DNA of 41,427 nt from Candidatus Nomurabacteria bacterium RIFCSPLOWO2_01_FULL_46_18 (GTDB taxonomy: Bacteria > Patescibacteriota > Minisyncoccia > Phycocordibacterales > UBA9973): positions 1-41,427 of the forward strand of contig MFVH01000001.1 of the NCBI GenBank assembly GCA_001786015.1, given 5' to 3'. Below the pieces are notes generated by a model. That model saw only the letters and a program-made list of their open reading frames with translations, ran no database searches and had not been told where the DNA came from. A program made the translations under genes and the position numbers. Positions 34,894 to 41,304 of this stretch are shown one piece after another. Numbering within the stretch: position 1 is the stretch's first letter; every line of letters starts with the position of its first letter.

Positions 34894-35269
34894 ATTTTTT
34901 TTTGCTTAAATCTAATAATAAATTTTTCGGCCATCTTTCAAGCAAGAGCGCGACAGCTCCGGAAAAAATGGCAATGTCTCGGACGGTGATGTCGGTAATT
35001 CCGCTCACCGCCAGGACCGTAATCAAATGAAGCGCTCCCACCAAAGCCGCAAGCCACACTAAAGTATCGATAAGCAAGAGAAAGCCGATAATGATATCAA
35101 GCACCGCCGTTCCCTGCATCGCTTCGACCGGGGAAATCGGCAGAAGATTGGTCGCCCAGGGCGCGATATACCCCGCCCAGGCCTCCGGCTGCTTTATAAT
35201 CAGGATTCCGATCCAGAGAAAAGTTATCGCCAGGCCGACTCTTAGAATATGGAAAGAAGCTTTACTCAT
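34886..35269 (-). CDS. DoxX-like small integral membrane protein
   Basis: 127 aa with four hydrophobic helices. The family assignment is tentative. Confidence 0.4.
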   Translation of the reverse strand: MSKASFHILRVGLAITFLWIGILIIKQPEAWAGYIAPWATNLLPISPVEAMQGTAVLDIIIGFLLLIDTLVWLAALVGALHLITVLAVSGITDITVRDIAIFSGAVALLLERWPKNLLLDLSKKKYE

Positions 35270-35680
35270 TTAAATTACTGCGCTTAAGATTATTATAAGC
35301 CCCATCAGCCAAATTGTAAACGCCGACATCAGGCACCAAAAACACCAGGCGCGGATTTCCCGCCACTGCAGGTAGGTGAAGAAAAGTGAAATGAGTGTTG
35401 CAATCCCGATTAAAATTTTAAGAAGCAAACTCCACAGGGAAATTGGCTCGACGCCGATAACCAAAAGTGCGGCAATGAAAGAAATAACCATATAAGCAAG
35501 CAACCCCAAAATATCATTTGGAATGATAAAAATTTTGCTGTATTTGCTGGTGAGTACCGTCGCGCATCCTTCCCCGATCGGGCAGACCGGCTGCTCTGCC
35601 GCAATTCGCGTGCGGATTAAGTACACCGTTTCACTTATTCCGATCGCCGAAAGCGTGAAAAGTAACGCAAAAGTTGTCAT
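35270..35680 (-). CDS. Vitamin K epoxide reductase (VKOR)-family membrane oxidoreductase
   Basis: 136 aa. Loop cysteines CPIGEGC, and the CxxC redox motif in a TM helix (AWCFWCLMS). Confidence 0.75.
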   Translation of the reverse strand: MTTFALLFTLSAIGISETVYLIRTRIAAEQPVCPIGEGCATVLTSKYSKIFIIPNDILGLLAYMVISFIAALLVIGVEPISLWSLLLKILIGIATLISLFFTYLQWREIRAWCFWCLMSAFTIWLMGLIIILSAVI

Positions 35681-35681
35681 G

Positions 35682-35752
35682 TCGGGGTACTCGGATTCGA
35701 ACCGAGGCTAAATCTTCCCAAAAGACTCGTGCTACCACTACACTATACCCCG
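35682..35752 (-). tRNA. tRNA-Pro (anticodon UGG), no encoded CCA
   Basis: Minus strand: CGGGGTA-TA-GTGT-AGTGGTA-GCAC-G-AGTCT-TTTGGGA-AGATT-TAGC-CTCGG-TTCGAAT-CCGAG-TACCCCG-A. C1:G72, A73 and G37 are typical of bacterial tRNA-Pro. Confidence 0.9.
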
Positions 35753-35783
35753 CCTACGTCAAGGCCTCGGCGGGCAAGCCCGC
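35749..35783. repeat. Degenerate copy of the GC-rich palindromic repeat, just 5' of tRNA-Pro
   Basis: CCCGCCTACGTCAAGGCCTCGGCGGGCAAGCCCGC. It shares CCCGCC..AC..CAAGGC...GGCGGGCAAGC with 37202-37235. Confidence 0.55.
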
Positions 35784-35801
35784 TCTAGCCGAAAAATTAT
35801 A

Positions 35802-36230
35802 TCATAAGACGATATCCTCGACCATTTTTACCCTTGCTTTCTTGTCTTTTAGGCTTAAAAAAACAGTCAGTAAATCAAATTGCCATTCCCTTTCGTCTAA
35901 TTTTTTAGATAAAATATAAGTTTGGATGGCGCGGGACAATCGCTTCAATTTCCACGGATGCATGTTATCTTCCGGACGATATTCGTCTAATGTTTCATGC
36001 TTGCCCGCCAAAGCCTTGGCGTCGGCGGGAGAAACACCCTCCCTGACGACAGATTTAACTTCAACGAAGTGTAGTAAGTTATCCTTTTCCGCTACGATAT
36101 CAATTTCGCCCCATTTTTTCGTGTAATTTCGATCTAGAATCGCAAAACCATGTTTCATGAGAAACTTTACGGCTACATTTTCGCCAATTTCACCGGTTTT
36201 TTGGCTGTCTGACGTAAAAACTTTTGGCAT
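35802..36230 (-). CDS. yraN: YraN-family (UPF0102) endonuclease-like protein carrying a repeat-derived insertion
   Basis: 142 aa. GEIGENVAVKFLMKHGFAILDRNY..WGEIDIVAEKDNLLHFVEVKS. Confidence 0.75.
   Translation of the reverse strand: MPKVFTSDSQKTGEIGENVAVKFLMKHGFAILDRNYTKKWGEIDIVAEKDNLLHFVEVKSVVREGVSPADAKALAGKHETLDEYRPEDNMHPWKLKRLSRAIQTYILSKKLDEREWQFDLLTVFLSLKDKKARVKMVEDIVL
35996..36029. repeat. 34-nt GC-rich palindromic repeat, copy within yraN (inverted relative to the 37202 copy)
   Basis: CATGCTTGCCCGCCAAAGCCTTGGCGTCGGCGGG. Its reverse complement is identical to 37202-37235 at 33 of 34 positions. Confidence 0.85.
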
Positions 36231-36437
36231 AAAGTTTAAGTTTCATGGGAAACAAGTTTCACGTGAAACTTTTGTCATAATTTCTTTGTCTTTTACAAAA
36301 TCCTCTTTATTTTCAATGTATTTTGATAAAAATCTTCCCTAAAAGACATTTTTATATCTGTCCTTTATAAACATTACCAACATAGTTATCCACAATTTCT
36401 TGTTTTTATTGAGTTTCCTAAAGGACAATTAAACTTG

Positions 36438-36508
36438 TGCGGCCAGGGAGAATCGAACTCCCATCAACTGATTGGCAACCAGTTGTTCTACCATTAAACC
36501 ATGGCCGC
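36438..36508 (-). tRNA. tRNA-Gly (anticodon GCC), no encoded CCA
   Basis: Minus strand: GCGGCCA-TG-GTTT-AATGGTA-GAAC-A-ACTGG-TTGCCAA-TCAGT-TGAT-GGGAG-TTCGATT-CTCCC-TGGCCGC-A. Confidence 0.9.
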
Positions 36509-36520
36509 AAAAACTTTGAA

Positions 36521-36549
36521 ATTATAATATTTTTTGCTTGCTTTTGCAA
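36521..36549 (-). promoter_or_regulatory. Candidate promoter for tRNA-Gly(GCC): TTGCAA-17-TATAAT on the minus strand
   Basis: -35 at 36544-36549 and -10 at 36521-36526. The tRNA 5' end is at 36508. Confidence 0.4.
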
Positions 36550-36580
36550 TTAAAAAGCAACCTTATTTTATAAGCACTAT

Positions 36581-36608
36581 TTGCCATTTTTTTAAAAAAG
36601 CATATAAT
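36581..36608 (+). promoter_or_regulatory. Candidate promoter for the tRNA-Arg/tRNA-Arg/cca transcription unit: TTGCCA-16-TATAAT
   Basis: TTGCCA at 36581-36586 and TATAAT at 36603-36608. The first tRNA starts at 36635. Confidence 0.45.
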
Positions 36609-36634
36609 AAACTGGGCTATTTTATAAATTCAAT

Positions 36635-36706
36635 GCACCCGTGGTGAAACGGATATCACAACAGTCTTCGGAACTGTCGTTGCAAGTTCGATTCTTGCCG
36701 GGTGCA
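36635..36706 (+). tRNA. tRNA-Arg (anticodon UCG), no encoded CCA
   Basis: Acceptor stem GCACCCG...CGGGTGC-A. Anticodon arm ACAGT-CTTCGGA-ACTGT. T arm TGCAA-GTTCGATT-CTTGC region. Confidence 0.88.
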
Positions 36707-36713
36707 CATATGG

Positions 36714-36785
36714 GCTCTCATCGTTCAACGGATAGGACGCAAGATTCCGGATCTTGTAATTGAGGTTCGAATCCTCATGGGAGCA
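36714..36785 (+). tRNA. tRNA-Arg (anticodon CCG), no encoded CCA
   Basis: Acceptor stem GCTCTCA...TGGGAGC-A (one G-U pair). Anticodon arm CAAGA-TTCCGGA-TCTTG. T arm TGAGG-TTCGAAT-CCTCA. Confidence 0.88.
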
Positions 36786-36793
36786 CAAAATAA

Positions 36794-38392
36794 ATGAAAA
36801 ACATGGTAAATATAAACGTAAAAATACCAAAAGAGGTTTCACATGTAACCGAAACCCTGGAAAAGGCCGGTTTTGAAGCTTATTTGGTAGGTGGCTGCGT
36901 GCGAGACCTAGTAATCGGGCTTGAACCTAAAGATTGGGATGTTACCACTAACGCCAAACCCGAGCAGATTATTGGCCTTTTTGAAAAGACCGTCTATGAA
37001 AATCAGTTCGGGACCGTTGCTGTTATTCAAGAAAACGTTTCCCATGAAACATTAAAGGTTATCGAAGTGACCCCCTATCGTATTGAAGCAAAATATAGTG
37101 ATTTTAGGCACCCGGATAGCGTAAAGTTTAGTGATAAGATCGAAGACGACCTTAAAAGGCGTGATTTTACGGTAAATGCTCTGGCTTTGGGTGGAAAAGG
37201 ACCCGCCGACACCAAGGCTTTGGCGGGCAAGCATGTCCTTGATCTATTTGGAGGCTTGAAAGACATAAAGGACAAAACCTTAAGGACAGTAGGGAAGCCG
37301 GATGACCGTTTCAATGAGGACGCGCTTCGGATGTTGCGGGCGGTGCGCCTATCTTTACAACTTGATTTTTCTATTGCAGAAGAATCCGCGGCTAGCATTA
37401 TCAAAAATGCGAATTTGATTGAGAAAATTTCCGAGGAAAGGATTAGAGAAGAACTTATAAAAATAATTTTGTCAAGTAGGCCGGCCGTCGGGGTTGCCCT
37501 GCTCCAAAAATTCGATTTACTCAAATATATTATTCCAGAATTAGAAGAGGGGATTGGTTGCGAGCAAGCGGGAGAGCACATTTATCCCGTTTGGGACCAT
37601 TTGCTTCTCGCGCTCCAACATGCGGCCGACAAAGAGTGGCCACTCGAAGTGCGCCTGGCCGCGCTTTTTCACGATATTGGAAAACCCCGCACTAGGCGCT
37701 CTGCACAAGACCCCCTCGCCAAAATAAATTTTGGCACTCCCCCTTCGCAGGGGGAGAGGATTCCTCCCCGCCTTGAGAAGGAGGGGACAAGGGGTGGTAA
37801 AAAAAAGTTTACTTTCTACGGGCATGAAGTTGTCGGCGCGAGGATGACGAAAAAAATTTTGGAGCGGCTTAAGTTCTCAAGGAACGACACCGAACTCGTT
37901 GAAAAACTTGTGCGGAATCACATGTTTTTCTCCGATCCGGAAAAAATCACGCTCTCTGCCGTGCGGAGAATAATAAAAAACGTCGGACCGGAAAATATTT
38001 GGACGCTGATGAAAGTTCGCGAGTGCGACCGAGTCGGTATGAAGAAAAAAGAAGCGCCCTACCGTCTGCGCAAGTATTTCGCGATGGTGGAAGAGGCGCT
38101 CCGCGATCCGATTTCCGTCTCGCAACTCAAAATTGACGGAAATTTTTTGCAAAGTGAATTGAAAATTGCTCCCGGGCCGAGGATGGGGTGGATTTTGCAC
38201 GCGCTCCTCGAAGAAGTGCTCGATGACCCAACCAAAAACACCGAAGCGCACCTCTCCGAACTCGCAAAATCACTCAACGGCCTGCCCGACGGCGCGCTCA
38301 AAGCGCTCGGCGAGCGGGGAAAAGGAAAAAAGGAAAACTTAGAAGAAAAAGAAATCGAAAAGTTGCACGAGAAGCATGGAGTTAGAAAATAA
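36794..38392 (+). CDS. cca: CCA-adding tRNA nucleotidyltransferase with an HD domain
   Basis: 532 aa. LVGGCVRDLVIG..PKDWDVTT, RRDFTVNAL, and HD motif LFHDIGKP. It contains two GC-rich in-frame insertions. Confidence 0.88.
   Translation: MKNMVNINVKIPKEVSHVTETLEKAGFEAYLVGGCVRDLVIGLEPKDWDVTTNAKPEQIIGLFEKTVYENQFGTVAVIQENVSHETLKVIEVTPYRIEAKYSDFRHPDSVKFSDKIEDDLKRRDFTVNALALGGKGPADTKALAGKHVLDLFGGLKDIKDKTLRTVGKPDDRFNEDALRMLRAVRLSLQLDFSIAEESAASIIKNANLIEKISEERIREELIKIILSSRPAVGVALLQKFDLLKYIIPELEEGIGCEQAGEHIYPVWDHLLLALQHAADKEWPLEVRLAALFHDIGKPRTRRSAQDPLAKINFGTPPSQGERIPPRLEKEGTRGGKKKFTFYGHEVVGARMTKKILERLKFSRNDTELVEKLVRNHMFFSDPEKITLSAVRRIIKNVGPENIWTLMKVRECDRVGMKKKEAPYRLRKYFAMVEEALRDPISVSQLKIDGNFLQSELKIAPGPRMGWILHALLEEVLDDPTKNTEAHLSELAKSLNGLPDGALKALGERGKGKKENLEEKEIEKLHEKHGVRK
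37202..37235. repeat. 34-nt GC-rich palindromic repeat, copy within cca
   Basis: CCCGCCGACACCAAGGCTTTGGCGGGCAAGCATG, encoding PADTKALAGKH. The yraN copy encodes PADAKALAGKH. Confidence 0.85.
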
Positions 38393-38395
38393 AAG

Positions 38396-40072
38396 CTAGG
38401 AAACCTCTTGTTGATAACAGGTCTCGCAGTAGACTGCCTCCGGGCGGTCGGGGGAATATGAGGTTTCAAATTCGTTCGGGCACGTACTCGCGTGCCCGTG
38501 CCTTTCAATCGTACACATACATTTGCTGGGCCATAATTTTCTGGGATTACGCTTTTTCATCCGGTCTTGATGCCGGCATTCGAAATCTTTACGCGGAAGC
38601 GGCAGGTTCATTCGCTTGTAAAAATCAAATTCTGCTTTGGTGACGCGGAAATTCTTTTTGCAATCACGGCAAACCAGAACTTCTTTCAAAATTCCCTCAT
38701 TCAATTCTTCCCCCGTTTCTGGCATTTCATTTTCTTTAATAGTTTCCTTGCCATATGTGCCCGTTTTCGCGCCCTGCCAATTAAATCCTTTCTCTTTTGC
38801 TTCCTTCTCATTCATCGGGAAATATTCTTTGGCCAGAGTTTCGTTGTAACCAAAAGGAGAGAGCTTCGGTGGAAAGAATTCTCCGTAGATTTCTTCCTTT
38901 TTCATTTGCTCTATAATTTCGTCGCGCAACTTTTCGTAGTCTTCTTTGGGGTATTCTTTGTTTAGGATGTGGTAATTTTTCTTGTTGAGCCCCGCGCAAC
39001 CGAAACAGCTTTCGCAGTTATGTACGTTGTCACAATAATGAGTCTCGTTGGAGTACATTGGGTAGGTACAGACTATAGAGTTCCTATTCGAGAGACTGCC
39101 CATCACGTTGTAGCATCGTTCCGGCTTGTAATAAATATTGTTGCAATCCCAGCAGTCGATCGGAGATTCGACATCGGCCACATAAGAAGAATTTTTTACG
39201 TCCGTGGCGTCAAAAATTCTCACGCCGTCATAGCAGTTGTAGATGTAATCCCCCGTCACATTGTTGCATTTAGTCGCAAAGGCATATTTTACTATTGCGC
39301 TACCGCGAACTTTTTCGTATTTTTTCTTAGCTTCTTCTATCGACGCATAGTCTTTCAAAATTTCCGCTTTTCTCTTCTCGAATTCTTCCCGTGTTACCTG
39401 TTTGTTCTCGATGCAGTAAGAAAGGTTGCGACCATTGGTACAAAGAATGCAATTTTGGCAATTGCGCATGTCGAAAGAGAAGAGCACATTGACGCTGTCC
39501 TGGATTCTTTCGCCGTAGAGGCACTTGAAAGACTTTCGTGTGTCCACGCATTCATAGCAGAGCTCCGAATCATAGAGCGAAACACAGTCCATGCAGTTCT
39601 TCGAGCGGTGAATCAGGCGCGAGTACAGGCAATCTTCGTTGAATTCAGCGGCGAAAATGAGATAGCAGTTTTTATTTTCGCCTGCGTTGTTGCAGTAGTC
39701 AGAGTTGTGACTGCGAAGAGAAAGAAGTGCAATTCTCGGCACTTTATTTTTCAGTTCGCCGAATTGCGCGAGGAATGGGCGTTTCGGATCATATTCTGTC
39801 CCAAAGGAGAGCGGGTCCCATTTGTCGCTCCACCAGCAATCGTTGTCATAAACCGGAAAGGGGGTGCCGGCCGGGTAAATTGAAATTGTTTCTTTTTTAC
39901 AGAGGTCGCAGGTTCTTTTATAAAGCGTTCGTTCGTTGCGAAAGGCAAGCCGCCGCTGCATTCGGCAGTCCGGGCAGTAATTCGGGGGCGGAACCTTTAT
40001 CTGCTCGTAGAAAATCAGGTCCTCGTCCCGAATTTTGAAATCCTTTTTGCAATTCTTACAGTTTTTGCTCAT
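38396..40072 (-). CDS. Cysteine-rich zinc-ribbon repeat protein of unknown function
   Basis: 558 aa with 37 Cys by my count. There are related CxxC zinc-ribbon modules at both termini and two internal blocks of periodic Cys motifs. Confidence 0.6.
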   Translation of the reverse strand: MSKNCKNCKKDFKIRDEDLIFYEQIKVPPPNYCPDCRMQRRLAFRNERTLYKRTCDLCKKETISIYPAGTPFPVYDNDCWWSDKWDPLSFGTEYDPKRPFLAQFGELKNKVPRIALLSLRSHNSDYCNNAGENKNCYLIFAAEFNEDCLYSRLIHRSKNCMDCVSLYDSELCYECVDTRKSFKCLYGERIQDSVNVLFSFDMRNCQNCILCTNGRNLSYCIENKQVTREEFEKRKAEILKDYASIEEAKKKYEKVRGSAIVKYAFATKCNNVTGDYIYNCYDGVRIFDATDVKNSSYVADVESPIDCWDCNNIYYKPERCYNVMGSLSNRNSIVCTYPMYSNETHYCDNVHNCESCFGCAGLNKKNYHILNKEYPKEDYEKLRDEIIEQMKKEEIYGEFFPPKLSPFGYNETLAKEYFPMNEKEAKEKGFNWQGAKTGTYGKETIKENEMPETGEELNEGILKEVLVCRDCKKNFRVTKAEFDFYKRMNLPLPRKDFECRHQDRMKKRNPRKLWPSKCMCTIERHGHASTCPNEFETSYSPDRPEAVYCETCYQQEVS

Positions 40073-40076
40073 GAAT

Positions 40077-40352
40077 CTAACATCCTACTAATACACGAAA
40101 TCCTCGATTCTCGGCGGCTTCCCATTTTATGAAAAAATTTTCGACCGTTCCGAACATATTACCCTTTTCTATTTTCCGCGCGAACTCTTGCAAAGCCGGC
40201 TCTTCTCCTTCTGCCGTAACTCTAATGCTTCCGTCCGGCCGTGTAAAGACTGCCCCTCTAATTTCTAGCTCGGTGGCAATTCGTTCAATCCAACTAAAAG
40301 AATCTTTATTCAAGGCTCTCCCCCCTATTCCAATTTCGATCCCTCTTCTCAT
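40077..40352 (-). CDS. Acylphosphatase-like domain protein with a divergent active-site loop
   Basis: 91 aa. ...IRGAVFTRPDGSIRVTAEGEEPALQEFARKIEKG... fits the acylphosphatase fold pattern, but the N-terminal V.G.VQGV.FR loop is not conserved (IGIGGRALNKDSF). Confidence 0.5.
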   Translation of the reverse strand: MRRGIEIGIGGRALNKDSFSWIERIATELEIRGAVFTRPDGSIRVTAEGEEPALQEFARKIEKGNMFGTVENFFIKWEAAENRGFRVLVGC

Positions 40353-40469
40353 ATTTATATGATAAACAAAGTTAAGTCATATTGTCCATAGATTTCGACA
40401 CTTATAACATTGTGGATACTAATATTAACAATATGTTTTTGTAAATTAGCATATTTTTGTCGGAAAAGA

Positions 40470-40497
40470 TTGACACAATTTATTTTCTTGCTATACT
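40470..40497 (+). promoter_or_regulatory. Near-consensus promoter TTGACA-16-TATACT; ATG of the trmB-like gene lies 6 nt after the -10
   Basis: TTGACA at 40470-40475, TATACT at 40492-40497, and the ATG at 40504. Confidence 0.5.
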
Positions 40498-40503
40498 TTA
40501 AGT

Positions 40504-41304
40504 ATGACAAAAGAAAATCGGGAGAATAATGAACTTAAAAATTTACTCATTGATGTCGGGCTCAAGGAGAAAGAGGCAGATGTCTATCTGGCAATTCTTG
40601 CCTTGGGTCAGGGCACGGCTTCGAAAATCGCTCGCCGAGCGCACATCGTCCGGACTACCGTTTACGATGTTTTGAGTTCTCTCTTCGACAAGGGCTTGGT
40701 GACCCTGACCGGCAAAGAGCCGAAGCAGGAATACGTGGCTGAATCGCCGGACAACCTAAAAATTTATCTTGAGAGTGAACTCGGGAAGAGAAAAACTGAT
40801 CTAGAAGACGCGAAACATGATCTGATTCCACAGCTCAAGTCAATTCACAACGTCGGCAACCGGCCGAAGGTGATGTTTTATGAGGGAGAAGAGGGAATGC
40901 GGAGGGTTTATGAAGATACACTCACATCGAGCGAACCGATTCGCGCCTATGCCGACATTGGGAACATGTATCGGGGGCTGCCGGGTTACTTTCCGGAGTA
41001 TTTCAAGCGGCGAGCGGAGGGGAATATAAAAATTCGCGCGATTATTCCCAATTCCAAAGAGGGGAGAGAACGCAAAAACTGCGACCAGGAAGAATTAAGA
41101 GAGAGCGCGCTCGTCCCGGAGAGCATGTTTCATTTCACGCCGGAGATAAACATCTATGACGACAAAGTAATGATCGCTTCTTGGCGCGAAAAATTGGGGA
41201 TTATCATCGTAAGCGAAGAAATCGCGGAGGCGATGAAAACTATTTTTGAGCTTTCTTGGGCGGAAGCGAGGCGGTTAGATCAAAAGGTTGAACAAAGAAC
41301 TTAA
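40504..41304 (+). CDS. TrmB-family winged-helix transcriptional regulator
   Basis: 266 aa. N-terminal HTH LGLKEKEADVYLAILALGQGTASKIARRAHIVRTTVYDVLSSLFDKGLV plus a TrmB-type C-terminal domain. Confidence 0.75.
   Translation: MTKENRENNELKNLLIDVGLKEKEADVYLAILALGQGTASKIARRAHIVRTTVYDVLSSLFDKGLVTLTGKEPKQEYVAESPDNLKIYLESELGKRKTDLEDAKHDLIPQLKSIHNVGNRPKVMFYEGEEGMRRVYEDTLTSSEPIRAYADIGNMYRGLPGYFPEYFKRRAEGNIKIRAIIPNSKEGRERKNCDQEELRESALVPESMFHFTPEINIYDDKVMIASWREKLGIIIVSEEIAEAMKTIFELSWAEARRLDQKVEQRT

Noticed and set aside
35674-35919. The 81-aa ORF (+) overlapping tRNA-Pro, and the 70-aa ORF (-) at 36630-36842 overlapping both tRNA-Arg genes.
   Set aside because: They are translations of tRNA and repeat sequence, and the cloverleaf structures explain these regions. 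The same reasoning applies to the 89-aa ORF at 32306-32575 (-) in the M23 leader, though that one is less certain.
38969-39883. A 304-aa plus-strand ORF inside the Cys-rich protein gene.
   Set aside because: It is the antisense shadow of the 558-aa gene. That gene's periodic CxxC pattern and terminal zinc-ribbon duplication are far more protein-like, and the antisense product has no motifs.
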